64,000 nt of DNA from Eledone cirrhosa (Eukaryota): the NCBI GenBank assembly GCA_964016885.1, contig OZ024742.1:116498001-116562000 (forward strand). The letters are read 5' to 3'. Positions 1 to 13,216 of the stretch are shown piece by piece. The notes beneath the pieces were generated by a model that was not told the origin of the DNA, searched no databases, and was given only the letters and a program-made list of their open reading frames with translations. The stretch's first letter is position 1, and each line of letters begins with the position of its first letter. Made by a program: the position numbers and the translations under genes.

Positions 1-331
<331 letters not shown>

Positions 332-574
332 ATTATTGTATATTTATGTATGTTCTTCTGGTTTTATAATTTCACCAATGTTTTCCCAATGGAGAGAGAG
401 TCGGTTTCTAACATAGACACAAGACTCTCTCATTGGAATTTACACACCATCAACTAGGTATATTATGTATGCATGTGTAGATATCGATGTTATAGTATGT
501 GTGGATACGGATGTGTTGAGGTGTATGTGTGCATGCGTATATGCTTTGTATCTGTACATGTGTATATGCAGTTA

Positions 575-1200
575 TTAGATGCAACATTTTGGGAATGTTT
601 TACATATTTTTACTGTTCCATTGATGGATTGTACTTGTAATTTCCTAACTAGTCGTGTTCTTCCTGTTCCTGTGAAGCCTAGTTTCTCAAGATTTGTATT
701 GAGGCAGTTACTCACATACCCCAGTGCCCCAATAATCACAGGTATAAATCTGAAGGTGTAATAAGGGTGGAGTATCTGCTGATTTCTCATCAGTTCTGCA
801 TAAATATTCTTCTTTTCGCTAATCTTTGATATTATATTTGCATCTGCTGGGCAGCTAATTTCCACTACTGTGCATGCTTTCTTCTCCCTGTACCATATCA
901 TAATATCTGGTTTGTTATGCCTGCATTTTATTGGGGTTTTTACTGGAACATTCCACCAGTACTCTTTCATATTATGTACAAGATGTCTTCCACATTGCTG
1001 TACCTTTTAATGTATTTATTATCGGAGCTCTCTTTTTTACGGATTGCATTGTACAGTGTTTTGGCCACTACATCATGCCTCATAGGTAAATAGTACCGCG
1101 ATGACATCTTTGGACAGCTGCTGATTACATATGGTGATATATTCGCTGTTAGTTCTGCAGAGTCTGCACTTATTATCACATCTAGTTGTTTTACCTGCAT
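575..1200 (-). pseudogene. Zinc knuckle / RLE (PD-(D/E)xK) endonuclease of the R4/Dong-like element
   Basis: SSCPKM..RHDVVAK; WWN..HNKPDIMIW..VEISCP..K..IY; FIPVIIGALG. Confidence 0.88.
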
Positions 1201-1912
1201 CCCTATCTCTTTTGTGAATCAGGTATGTCGTGTTAATTTCCTGTTCTTGGATTGCAAAAGCGTATCCTTCACAGTGGAAGCCAATATAGCGGTTGTTGGT
1301 CCAAGATAGACTACTTTCTTTATCTATATTACTCTCACTCTGGAGCTTCCTGGCAACATATCCATGCATAAATTTTTGGCTGATAAGCATGCAGTTTTTC
1401 ATCCATGGAATCACTGCGATACTGCTCAGCGACTTCCCTGGGTGTGAGTTTTTGATTATCACACAGGGAATATCTCTCGGGGAGTTCCTTCCCAACTCTC
1501 ATGATATTATATGTTTCATGCAGACAGACTTGCTCGAGAGACGGGCTCTAACGTTTCGAGGTTCGTAGATGTCGGGGAGATATGATGCGACATTCAAATG
1601 ATGTCTGGACTGATATTATGCCTCTGCCTCGCTGCTTACGTTTCAAGTAAAGGCGGTCTATGTCACTGTTGATGTGGAAGATTCCGGTGTTGTTTAGTAT
1701 TTTTCGAGTTACAACCTCAACTTCTCGGATTTCGTCTATCGTCCAATTGAGTATTCCAAACGTTGGTGTTAGGACAGGCACAGCAAAAACATTGTGAGCC
1801 ATTGTTTTGTTTTGCGCAGTGAGTTCCGATGACCAAATCTTTCTTAATCGGGTGTAGTATTCCCTGGTTACACGTTCCTTATTACAGATACCATTATAGG
1901 ATATGTTCTCAT

Positions 1913-2737
1913 CTATCCCCAGGTATCTATAGCAGTCCTCATCAATATCGGTGAAACAGTTAGGCCATTGATGACAATGTTGCTAGATTGGGTTGTTGTT
2001 TTTCCCCGCTTTACAATCATATATGAGCATTTATCTTGGCCAATTTCCATTCCTATATACTTTGAGAACGTTGTAACCAGGTCAAGAATGTTCTTAATCC
2101 CATCCATGTTCTTGGCATAAAGTTTCAGATAATCCACAAAGAAATTATGTGTTAGGTTCGTATTTCTGTCCTCCTGTGAGTCAATGATGTATCCTTCACA
2201 TTTCTTGGGCAGAAAGGACAAGGGGTTTAATGACAGGATGAATAATGTCACAGAGAGACTCTCTCTCTGAAATATACCCCTGCGATATTTTATTTTATCA
2301 GTGAAAATAGAGTCCTCCCTCTCTGTCTTTAACCTTAGGATAGTAGCCCAAGAAGAAGACAGCTTATCTATGGCTCTGATAATAATGTCTGGGAGTTTAG
2401 CAAGTTGGAGGGCCTCTATCATCCAAGAGTGGGGAACAGAATCGAAAGCTTTCCTGTAGTCCAGCCAGACTGTAGCCATATTCCTCCTAAGTTGTTGCAC
2501 CTCCGACATCGCAGTTTTGTTGATTAGGAGTTGTTCAGCACATCCCCAAACCCCTTCCTTTCCAGCTGCTTGTTCATCTGTGATGATGTTATTATTTTCA
2601 CAGTGATCTTGGAGGAGTAGGTTCAGGCAGGCTGTATACATCTTATACATCAGGTTCTGGCATGCAATGGGTCGGTAGTTTTTTGCCAAGTGGGTGTCTT
2701 TGTTCTTCGGGAGCAGTAATGTTTGTGCTAATGTCAA
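1913..2737 (-). pseudogene. Reverse transcriptase domain of the R4/Dong-like element
   Basis: RT motifs present, but the catalytic DD is changed to DY and the ORF is frameshifted on both sides. Confidence 0.92.
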
Positions 2738-4684
2738 TCATTCTGGTATAAGTGTATCTCCCTTAAGAACTTGTTGGTAGAGGTCTGTAAGATGCCTCCG
2801 ATAGAATATCAGTTTTTTGTACCAGTAGCCGACAATCATGTCTTTTCCTGGTGTTTTCTTATCTTGGAGTTTTCCTATCACAGTCGCAAGGGTACCCTCA
2901 CTTATTTAGTATGTTTTTTTGTTGTAGTGTAGGAGCAATAGTTCTTTCGGATTTCTTTTAGCCACACTGCATCTTGGTTGAAATTCTTCTTTTCACCCCA
3001 TATTTTGCTCCAAATGGAATCTATATCTTTCTGGGATGGGGCCTCAGTGACACTTATTATTTTGTTCTTCATATCTCTATAGACTGACGTTTGATTCCTT
3101 CTGAATCTTTTATTAAGCACTTTTCTTTCATCTACCTTCTTCAGGTATCGGTGTTTTTCGCTAACAGCTCTCATTTTTTGTTTGAGGGTGATCAGCTTAT
3201 ATTGAAGAGTTCTGGTTCTACTGTTACCAAACATCGTCTCGATATCACTTTTCACTCTTTGTTAGTGAGGAGTGAGGTTTTTTGTGTTTGTTTGCATGTA
3301 TGGAGCATTGTCACATATGCTATGGTTTTTTGTAGGTCAGCAATCTTTTTTTCTATTTTAGTTATATATGATGATATTTTTGGTGGTGTTTTGTTCTTAT
3401 TAATATCTCTGCTATCACCAAGATAATGCTTCACTATCGTTGCTAAGGCATATAAACAGGCGTTGATTTGCCAAAATGTTGGGGTTTTTATCCGTCGTAA
3501 ATATTCATCCCCTATGTCGTCAATAACAGGTAATATTTCATTATTTGTTTTTTTATTAAATATGTTCGTTTTAATACGTTCAGCAAGAGAGATATTCATA
3601 CATGAATTAATTTCTCTCTGGAAGATTTCGTTGAGGGGATTTTAAATTGTTTATACTTTTGATTATCGATAGTATTTTCCACAACAGTCGAAGTAGACTC
3701 GGATGGTACACGTGGTGTCAAATTTCTTCGATTATTATTATTATTTCTTCGATTATTATTATTATTATCGATAGTGTTTTTTCCCCAGCATTCGAGGTAG
3801 ACTTAGTTGGTACACGTGGTGTCAAGTTTCTTACAGCCATAGTTGTTTCAAGGCATTGTTTGTCCTGGCTGCTAGGAAGGCTAGTAACATGGAGACCTGT
3901 AGCATGTGTTGTTGATCCCATATTTGTTATGGGGGACTTACAATTCATAATATTTATCTTATTTTTACGCTCAACAAACGTCGCTTGTCGGCGTAATTGT
4001 TTCCCTGTGAAATAATTTAGCTCTGGGTGCATTTCATCCCAGTGTAGCTTCATTGTGTTCATATACCCAATGGAGGGATTGTTTTTTGCCATTTTATAAC
4101 AATTAAATAAATCATCATTAAGTACGCAACTCCAAGAGATATTCAATTTATAATTTCGGTTTCTTCTGTAGTTACAACTGAATAAAGTTTGTTTACCTTT
4201 GTCGTTCTTTGTCTTCGATACTTCCTTAATTTTGTTGTTATATTGTGTTCAGCCATGCTGTTTGTAGCAAATCCTTGTAAAATGAATTATGTATTTAGTC
4301 GGATATCTCTACGAATTCAAAAAAATGGTGTCTTCAGAAGATATAGTTAGAAGAATAACTAGTTATTCAACATGACTGTAGTTGGGCCATTACTGTCGGA
4401 GATAGTATTCATCTTAAATTTAATAAATAGTCTCCCACGCCAAAATATGCAACTGATCGCAAACACCCACAAAAAAGGCCCATGTTTATATAAATCCAAC
4501 ATTTTACCGATCACAACAAACAATTTATTTGTTGTTGAACCACCAGTTATATGAGCAGATGCTGGGGTACATAGCTTCCATCGGTGACCTTTAACCAATT
4601 ATTTGCGAAACGCTATACTCAATTAAAACATAAATACATGTAATCGAAACTTATATATATATATTGACAGTCAATCGACTTTCG

Positions 4685-4885
4685 TTAAATCGGACTGAGG
4701 AAACAATGTTTCCATTGGTCTTTCCAATTGCTAATACTATCTATCGGTCGCAACTCCAGGTAGAACGAGCAACGTGAAATAAAGTGTCTTGCCCAAAGAC
4801 ATAACGCATCGCCTGGTCCGGGAATCGAACTCACAACCTCTTGATTGCGAATCAAATTCTGTAAGCACTCAGCCACATGCCTTCA
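4685..4885 (-). mobile_element. tRNA-derived SINE
   Basis: Minus strand has box A-like TGGCTGAGTG and box B GTTCGATTCC, then GGGCAAGACACTTTATTTCAC. Related copies at ~35935-36015 and 57323-57620. Confidence 0.8.
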
Positions 4886-5899
4886 TATATATTATGACGC
4901 GACATATAAGATGTATGTGTCACGTAAATTCGTACCACAGAAAACAGATATATGTATAACAATGAAAGTACATATCCAATGTGAGACGTAGTTTTTCTCT
5001 TTATTCACATAAGATCATTTATTTTTTTATTGACGCAAACTTTACATGAAAATCAAGAGTTGCTAGCTGTTTGCTAGTTTCATGTGAAGGCCTACACTGA
5101 TAATTAATACTAATTTCATTAGTATCATTTAATCAATTAATATTTATTTAATTTCGAACATTTACAATAATTACGTTTCTGAATAGCTAGCGGTATTCTT
5201 GATAAATACTATTCTTAAAGCTATTTCTTTGCTGTTGAAAATCTTTTCTGTCCTTACTTGTAAAAGTTTCCTGGACAGTCATTAATCAAATTGTCGACCC
5301 TGAACAGTCAATGATCAATAAATCTATTATTACCATTCGTCTTCATGATCCTGTTGTTAGAAACCATTATTGTGAGGCATTTTCCAATAAAGTATATATC
5401 AAAATGTGGTGTCTGTTGGGTATATCACAATAGACTTTTCTGTAACAGTGGTCTTCAAAAAATAAATTTGAGAGGAAGCAAAATAGAGATAATGCATAAG
5501 AAAGACAGAGGAAAGAAGTAGAGACAAACTGAAAAAAAGGAAATTTATGAGAGAGGGATTGTGAGAGTAAGAGAGAGACTGAAAGCGAGAGCGTGAATGA
5601 GAAATGGAGCGACTGATTGAGAGAGACGGACAGAGATATTGAATGATGTTTGTAAAAATAAATTAGCAGTTGAGTTTAACAGTCCAAAATGGTCATTGAA
5701 GTTTGGACACTCGCCTGACATTACTGACATGTCTACTTGTTTAAAGTACTATTGTCTATGATTGTTGACCCAAGGCGTACATATATTTATGTGTGTGTCT
5801 GTAAGTGTGTCTGTAAGTGTGTGTGTGCGTACGCATACAAACACACACGCATATATATATATGCGTACATATAGGTATATATATATGCGTATGTATAAA

Positions 5900-5952
<53 letters not shown>

Positions 5953-6039
5953 GATACGTTATTCCGGGTTGAATCGGAGGTAACCACAGTAAGTAAGGTA
6001 CTCAATACACGGCAGAGTATAAAAGTTTTAATATAGATG

Positions 6040-6090
6040 AGATTCTACAGGATTAGAACTGTTTCATTCTTTAGAAATCATCAGGAATCT
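6040..6090 (-). ncRNA. Type I hammerhead ribozyme (mirror copy)
   Basis: Reverse complement of 6256-6306. Confidence 0.85.
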
Positions 6091-6255
6091 GGCTATCCAA
6101 AAATAAATATGGTATTTATAGGTCTCTTCAGGTGGTAGGAGAGGGTGGGGAGTGGGAAGAGTAGAGGTCAACTAATGACCTCTACCCTTCCCACTCCCCA
6201 CCCTCTCCTACCACCTGAAGAGACCTATAAATACCATATTTATTTTTGGATAGCC

Positions 6256-6306
6256 AGATTCCTGATGATTTCTAAAGAATGAAACAGTTCTAATCCTGTA
6301 GAATCT
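6256..6306 (+). ncRNA. Type I hammerhead ribozyme
   Basis: AGATTC-CTGATGA-tTTCTaaAGAAt-GAAA-CAG ttctaatc CTG-TA-GAATCT. Stem I is 6 bp; predicted GUA cleavage after 6300. Confidence 0.85.
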
Positions 6307-6318
6307 CATCCATATTAA

Positions 6319-6366
<48 letters not shown>

Positions 6367-6475
6367 TATATAATAATAATAAATGGAGAGCGAATAACCA
6401 AGTTATACATAAAACTTAATCTTAATCCTACATATGTTTCAATGTTTCAGTGTATAACGGTGGGCCATACCACGA

Positions 6476-6513
<38 letters not shown>

Positions 6514-6514
<1 letters not shown>

Positions 6515-6650
6515 TAGCAGAAATACCCGGCGTTGCTCGGATTAAAGAAAATAATGAAGTGCAATTCAACCGTTGGTATACTGTCTGATAATATAGTGTG
6601 ATTAGTGATTCTAACTTTTCCGGCATAACACATTTTGTGAGATCATGATC
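6514..6650 (-). mobile_element. Helitron 3' terminus
   Basis: Minus strand reads CCGAGCAACGCCGGG hairpin + TATTTCTG + CTAG followed by T, the canonical Helitron 3' end. Inner boundary approximate. Confidence 0.75.
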
Positions 6651-6654
6651 AATC

Positions 6655-7200
6655 ATTGTTTTTACGTCCGCTTTTCTACGCTTGCATGTGTTGGACAGGT
6701 CTTTCCGTTTACAATATCCCGATAATCGTCGCATTCCTTCATCTCCTCTGGGAGACTCAGCGATTTAAGATCAGCTCTCCCCAACTTTGCCCAGGCCTTT
6801 CTCGGTCTACTGCAACTTCCTTCCACTGGGATTTCCTGGCACTTCACGTTTCTGTACCAATGCTCTCTTCTGTCTTGCACACTGCTTCGGATTCCTCTTA
6901 ACCCACCTTCTCCCTCGGCTCATTCAAGCTCTGCCTTTATCCGCATCCAATGAAGCATGATTGTTTCATTTCTCTCCACTCTATGTAGTCACAGCCCATG
7001 TTTCATTACCATGTAGCACCCCATTTCGCACACATATGTCAAACAGCCGTCTTTTTTTACGGAGAAAGAAACCATTTTCTTGTCAACATTGGTAGTAGCT
7101 CTCTAAAGTTGTTCCATCCTATCCTTATTCAAGCTTTTATGTTTTTCGAACAGCCTCCTCTGCTGCTCCCCTTGGCGATTGGTTGCTTTCATTTTCCTAT
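6655..7200 (-). mobile_element. RTE-clade LINE 3' fragment
   Basis: Decayed C-terminal peptide VKCQEIPVEGSCSRPRKAW..ADLKSLSL, typical of RTE tails. Confidence 0.7.
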
Positions 7201-7807
7201 TATCAACAAGCCTTTTTTTTATATTGTTGTTCTCTTCTGATTCATTTCGACTAGATTTCGCTTTTGTTTTTCTTAATTTCTGGAGTATATCTTGTCGTTG
7301 TTCTTTACTTTCATTCTCCCTTTATAGCTGCTTCGGATGAAATTGTTACTTGCAGCTTCCAAAGTCAATATAATTCATCTAAAACTTTTACATTTTTCTA
7401 TTAATGATGGATGTAAGTCGACTCAATTTTTTTTTAATAGGGACTTACTGCATTAAATTTCAGGTATTCTTCGGAATCAACAACCAAAAGCTAAGGGTTG
7501 AGTCAAATGTTTCTTGGATGAGGACTCACGGCGTTAACTTTCAGTTATCTAACGTAAACAACAACCAAAGACTAACGGAAATTAATATGTAATAAAATAT
7601 TAAAGCTTTCACAAATGTTTATTTTTAGTATTGTGTTCATAAATCAAAACGCATTTTTACCAACTTTCTTCGCTGTCTTTATCTCTGTATTTTTTTCTCC
7701 CCGTTCATTCATTCACTTACTTACTTAATACCATATTTTGCTTTCGGAGCTATATACGAAGATATGTGTGTGTGGGGGGGGGGGGGGCTGTAAAAGCTAA
7801 ATATGAA

Positions 7808-7887
<80 letters not shown>

Positions 7888-7927
7888 AAATATAGATATA
7901 GATATAGATATATAGATATAAATATAT

Positions 7928-9326
7928 TGTATACTATAAATCTGACGGCCGTATGTAGGTAACAAACTTTCCGCCAAACGGCTGGACCAAACAGCACCAA
8001 ATTTGCACCATAGATGTAACGTTCTCCAAGTAAAAAAGTGAGGGTATTTTTGTCTACTGAATTTTGTTAAAAGATTAAAGACATTATTTAAATATCCACT
8101 TCTTAAAAATTTCAAATGTCAACACTTCCGGTTATACGTCATTCCTCACTTTTTCTTATGACGTCGCACAACATTCACCTCTTTTTCTTAGTCTATCTTT
8201 TAGATAGATACATAGCTATAACGTAGCGCCCTTATAATATGTCTCTGTATGTCTGACTGTTTGCATTAGATAACGTTTTTCGAAATATTTACTTCTGCGT
8301 TCACAGACTGATTTTTTTTAGTTAAGGGTGAAAGCAACGATTCTTTGCTTAAACTTTAATGTTATTTTAATATATATATTCGTGTACAGATATTTTTGCA
8401 TACACAAAAACAAAAACCTATTTATTTCACGAAAGCACAGACGGCTTATCGTTATTGTTACTATTCGAGGTTAGCGGACCAGAGTTTTTCCAAGATCTGA
8501 GAACCATCAATGGCCATCAATGTTCCACTTACCGTTTGGCTTGCCTGATGCGTGATATGTTACACGATGACAGGCATTGGCACCTCATCCTGCAAGAACC
8601 AGCAACTGCTAAAGTCCCTTTTCAGCTGCGAAAATGTTTGCTATTATGCTGCACAACTGCGATCTCGCCGACCCTCTCGCAATGTGGAACAACCACCACG
8701 AAAGTGTAGCTGAGGACATCCTCCACCGCACACGCAGACACAATCCGAACGTAACATACGATGTTGTTTTCAATGAGGCGCTCATTTGTCTTGACAACAG
8801 TGCCCTGGAGATTGGTGGTAGGCCTCACTACGGCTTACCTGCTCCTGACAAGAGTGGCCAGAGGTCAATGTCTACAGAGCTTCTCCGTGAGACGAGCAAC
8901 GAGATCAGTGCTTCTCCCATGGTCAATTGCATGTAGGATGCTCTAGGGTGAGCTCACCAAACAATCTCTTCATCTTTGCTCCGGAGGGCCGAACAAAAAA
9001 TATTGTATACTCTGAGGCTCTAACAATGTAATTTAATTATTTTCTGTTACTTGGAATTTCCATTATGGTTGTACAAATTATTGTTTGTTAAAAAATGTGT
9101 TCTCTGTTCAGCCTTTATATTTATAACTATCAATTTTCTTTAACGTACTGGCTACTGAACTGGGGAATCCTAAAAACTATTCAAACCCAACATCAGAGCA
9201 CGTTAACCCCCCTCCATCGGTGACTTGAGAAGGCGTGTGGTATCTTTGCATTGGAGAGGAGGGGCGATTCCTGAAAAGATAAAATGCCGGTATACCTTTC
9301 CAGTGGCCAGCCGGATGGGCCAGCTA

Positions 9327-9327
<1 letters not shown>
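7928..9327 (+). mobile_element. Internally deleted Helitron with RepHel fragment
   Basis: 5' T(g)TATACTATAAA..AAACGGCTGGACC-type start. 3' GC-rich hairpin then CTAG|T at 9324-9328. Internal RepHel peptide. Confidence 0.8.
8440..8900 (+). pseudogene. Helitron Rep-helicase linker region (frameshifted)
   Basis: LLFEVSGPEFFQDLRTING..TYRLAC..LHDDRHW..L.E / LR.MFAIML.NC...DP..MW......AEDI matches the conserved segment between Rep and PIF1 helicase. Confidence 0.88.
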
Positions 9328-9378
<51 letters not shown>

Positions 9379-9619
9379 AGTGATGTATGCATGATTTAGA
9401 TATTCGTGCGTGTAAACGCAAACAACTGTAATAGTAGTTGATGACTATAATAGTAGAATTAGGATAAAATACCCCAGGATAGGGGAAAATTTGGTCGGAG
9501 TCATATGCGAGAAATCGAACCACTTTGCTAAAGAGCTACTGTCCAACAATTTATCCTGTAGATAGAAATGTAAACAAACCACTTGACGTTTCCGTATCAT
9601 GGGATACTTTACACACACA

Positions 9620-9658
<39 letters not shown>

Positions 9659-10004
9659 ACATACACACACCTAAATACAATACAAAAAACATGTACATAC
9701 ATACGCATACGGAATAGCTGGAATGAACGATATTAATGATATTACCTTCAGACAATCACTGGAAATAGAGTCAAGATAGAAAACAGATTTGTTCAGGAAA
9801 AAAAAAAGAAAAAAGAAATTCTCTTAGATTTTATACTCGTCTGAAAGAAACAAGTAAATTGAAAACGAAATAAAGGTAACTTATAACTACTTTGCTAATA
9901 CGTGATACTTTTCGAAAATGTGTACCTCATTTGAGAGTTCGATTTTCATTTCTCTGTCCATACAAATGTCTACAATAAGTTTAGCTATTTGCCTATTCTG
10001 TTTC

Positions 10005-10170
10005 GGACGCAGCATCGCCAAATGATTAAGAATTATATTACGTAATTATAAGATCCCAGGTTTAATCACACTGCGTGGCTTCTTGGGAAAATGTCATTTA
10101 ACATAGCCTCAAGACGACCTAAGCCTCGTAAATGAAATTGGGTTGACGAAAACTATTTGGAAACCCCACT
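10005..10170 (+). mobile_element. Old tRNA-derived SINE (second family)
   Basis: Degenerate head ..CCCAGGTTtAATCaCACTGCGTGGC..TTGGG. Related copies at ~50065-50230 and ~53800-53910. Confidence 0.6.
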
Positions 10171-10945
10171 TTTGCCACACATTATGTCTTGCCGAATCTC
10201 CCTGTGATTTAACTGAAGAATACACGCCTGGACTTATCGAATAGATGTGAGTTGGGCTTATACTTTGTTTTATAGAATTTTTGCCTCGAGCTGTTTTAAA
10301 CCCAGAGCTCAGAGAACCGGAGTAAATACTTCATAGAATCTTTAATCACTCTATTAATTCACCTGCTGGTCACTGAAAACTGAAAGAATCAGTATTTACC
10401 ATTTTGAAATGAAAGTCATATATATATGTTTTATGGTGACATTTCATTAATTAACGCCTTTCTTTAATATTATTTTTAGCTGGGGAAACATTATCAACAA
10501 TAAATGAATCAAAAGTGTACAATAAAAAATTAATAAATAATCGCTAAAAAAAGTAAAACAAAATAAATATGATGATAATGATAATATTAATAAAACCAAA
10601 ACATGATAAATTAAATGAAGAAGCGAAGTAAAATCAATAAAGACACTACATTGTTCCTTTGACGTTTAATTGTGAAAAGATTGTTTTAATTGTCAATCAT
10701 TTTCATGCTGTAAAGTTATTGTCACGTTATTTAATTATCCTTCAAATTCTATTTGTTAGACTTGATTGGCCATTCACAGCCACCAACAACTTCCTTCTTG
10801 AAGATATTCGATCGGATTTAGTTTCTTTTCAATATGTTTTTCTTCTTGTGCTATACACTCTCAAGGAAAAAAAATTCCGTTAATAAAATATCAAGTTAAA
10901 TGTAAAATATAATTTTTTTTCATTTCTAGTTACTTAGGCTTTTAT

Positions 10946-11135
10946 TGGTGGATTGGCAGTATCGGTAGAGGGTCGGACGCTATGCTTTCCAGCATAGTTA
11001 CGTCCCTTTACGATCTGAGTTCAAATCCCGCCGAGATTGACTTTGCCTTTCATCCTTACGGAGTCGATAAAATAAAGTACCAGTAATGCAATGGGTAATT
11101 TCTGGCATTGTGCCTAAAGTAGTAGAAACAATTAT
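10946..11135 (+). mobile_element. Abundant ~190-bp SINE (GGCGGTGGATTGGCAG..GAGTTCAAATCCC..GCCTTTCATCCTTACGGGGTCGATAAAAT..AGAAACAATTAT family)
   Basis: Box B GAGTTCAAATCC; more than 10 similar copies in the window. Confidence 0.9.
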
Positions 11136-11442
11136 TTAATATTTGGTTTCTATTTATTTTGTTAATGAAACCTTGGCGTAGCATATTGATGTATTGGAAA
11201 ATAAAACAATATTTTCTGGTCGTACATCCTGATTGTATTCCGCGTTATGAGATTTGCTAAAATGATTTGAAAATTCGTTGGTCATTCGCCAGAATCTTTA
11301 GAACGCCTGTTAAAATACCATACGATCTTGTGTTGCAGACCTTTATGAGTTTTCATCGCTTTCAGATAAATGTTCGCCTTCATATTTCCCGCAGTCAATA
11401 AAATAAAACACCAGGCAAATATTCCGGAAGATGTATATCCCT

Positions 11443-11632
11443 ATAATTGTTTCTACTTTTGGCACAAGTCCAGCAAATATCCTAGTGTATTGCTGGTGCT
11501 TTATTTTATCGACCCGTAAGGATGAAAGGCAAAATTAACCTCGGCGGGATTTGAACTCAGACCATAAAGGGTCGTAACTCTTTGCTGCATTGCATAGCGT
11601 CAGACTATATCGATACTGCCAATCCACCGCCT
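11443..11632 (-). mobile_element. Same SINE family, inverted copy
   Basis: Reverse-complement match to 10946-11135. Confidence 0.9.
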
Positions 11633-12098
11633 GGATATTCTTGTAATGCATCTTAGATGTGAATGGGAAAATAATACGTGTATATATGCGTATATAAACA
11701 CAGCCACATATTCATTGTCCTGCTTACATTCCCTTGCACATACGCATATACAGATTTGTTCATTCACGAGCGGGAGACAAGATTTCACATCTTTTCCATA
11801 AGATGCATTCCTGCAGTCTAATAGTATATCCGCTTTAACCGCAGTAGGAGATGCAATACCAGAAAAAGGTTAACCTCAGCCATTCGTACACTTCATTGGA
11901 CATACAGCCATAAGACAGGCATAAGTCAGTTTAGCTAATTATTAGGTGTGTTAAACGTACTATCTCGCCCGTAGAAAGTATCTCAGTAGGATTGCTGCAA
12001 AGAATTCGTTATTATGCATGCATTAAAATATATATATATATTATATGACCATTTCTATCCAGTGGTAAACCAACAAACCTAAAGATATATATATATGA

Positions 12099-12149
12099 AG
12101 CTTCGACAGGACAAGAACTGTTTCATTCGAAGGAAATCATCAGAAAACC
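12099..12149 (-). ncRNA. Type I hammerhead (same family as 6256), within a cluster of four partial copies at 12096-12443
   Basis: GGTTTT-CTGATGA-tTTCcttcGAAt-GAAA-CAG ttcttgtc CTG-TC-GAAGCT. Stem I relies on G-U pairs. Confidence 0.7.
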
Positions 12150-12150
12150 G

Positions 12151-12211
<61 letters not shown>

Positions 12212-12462
12212 GGATTAAACAGTTCTTGTCCTGTAGAAGCTTTATATATATATATATATATAAAGCTTCTGCAGGACAAGAACTGTTTCATTCGAAGGAA
12301 ATCATGAGAAAAGCCATGATGATTTTCATCGATGAAACAGTTCTATTCCTGTAGAAGCCCTTTCTGTATTAAATACTGTATATACTCTACTATGTATTGA
12401 GTAGCTTTCTTACTGTGTTTACCCTGGATTGAACCTAGGGTATGCACACACGTGCGCACGCA

Positions 12463-12502
<40 letters not shown>

Positions 12503-12955
12503 TATATTATTCAAAATATTAATAAATGAAGACATTCACATAATCAAAATATATGTTTTATTATATATATTTCGAAGGTACTGTGCTGTTTTTTTCAGTA
12601 CGTCCTCGTCAGATAAAATACATGAATTGGTGTATGACATGCCTCAACGGTCTTGATGGTTCACTTCCAGTATTGGAAGTATTCCAGACTGCCAATACTG
12701 GAATTGAACCATCAAGACGGTTGAGGTATGTCATACATCAATTCAATTATTTTATCTGACGAGGACGTACCGAAAAAACACCAGAGTACCTTCGAAATAT
12801 ATATAATAAAATATATATTTTGATTATGTGAATGTCTTCATTTATTAATATTTTAAATAATATTAATAACTCCAGAAAACTCTTTGTAGAGTGCTTTTAA
12901 TCTATTGTAAAACTATATTCATTGAGTAATCAATGAACCATATTAATCTTTGGTC
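12503..12955 (+). mobile_element. Fold-back pLTR-like element with hammerheads
   Basis: ~175-bp inverted arms spanning 12503-12863; unique extension to ~12955. Confidence 0.75.
12748..12813 (+). ncRNA. Minimal type I hammerhead with palindromic stem III (mirror copy at 12556-12618, minus)
   Basis: TATTTTAT-CTGACGA-G..GTAC..GTAC..C-GAAA-TATATA-TA-ATAAAATA; 8-bp stem I. Confidence 0.75.
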
Positions 12956-12980
12956 ATATATATATAGAGAGAGAGAGATA

Positions 12981-13216
12981 AAAAATGGCGAGCTGTGTTA
13001 TTGCAATTAAGTATAAAAAATGAAGAATTAGAAATAGAAGTTAGGAATATTCATCATCAGTTGTCTACTAGGCATCATAGGTATTTCTTCATATTGTCTG
13101 TAATGCGAAGAAATACCTAAGATGCCTAGTAGACAACGGATGTTGGATATTCCTAACTTCTATTTCTAATTGTTCATGTTTTATACTTAAATGCAACAAC
13201 GCAGCTCGCCATTTTT
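12981..13216. repeat. ~110-bp-arm imperfect palindrome; third copy of part of it at 13668-13757
   Basis: AAAAATGGCGAGCTG...CAGCTCGCCATTTTT; arms match throughout. Confidence 0.9.

Larger units (their letters stand above)
331..4620 (-). mobile_element. Near full-length, decayed R4/Dong-type non-LTR retrotransposon (RT + CCHC knuckle + restriction-like endonuclease)
   Basis: Collinear frameshifted ORFs from 4146 down to 575. RT motifs NYRPIAC, WLDYRKAFDSVPHSW, RRGIFQRESLS, FFVDYLKLY (YxDD degenerate). CRLC..H..SSC..RHD knuckle and NKPDIMIW..VVEISCP RLE. 3' UTR ends beside an AAT-type run. 5' boundary approximate. Confidence 0.88.
5952..6322 (-). mobile_element. Non-autonomous Penelope-type (pLTR-like) fold-back element carrying hammerheads
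   Basis: ~147-bp inverted repeat (6024-6170 / 6176-6322) between (TA)n tracts, with a hammerhead in each arm. The tail 5952-6030 is homologous to 12365-12443. Confidence 0.75.

Noticed and set aside
4520-4600. HDV-like ribozyme at the 5' end of the R4/Dong element
   Set aside because: Could not build the P1-P4 pseudoknot by eye.
6425-6455. Minus-strand GAAA-CATATG-TA half hammerhead
   Set aside because: No CUGANGA upstream; at best a truncated remnant.
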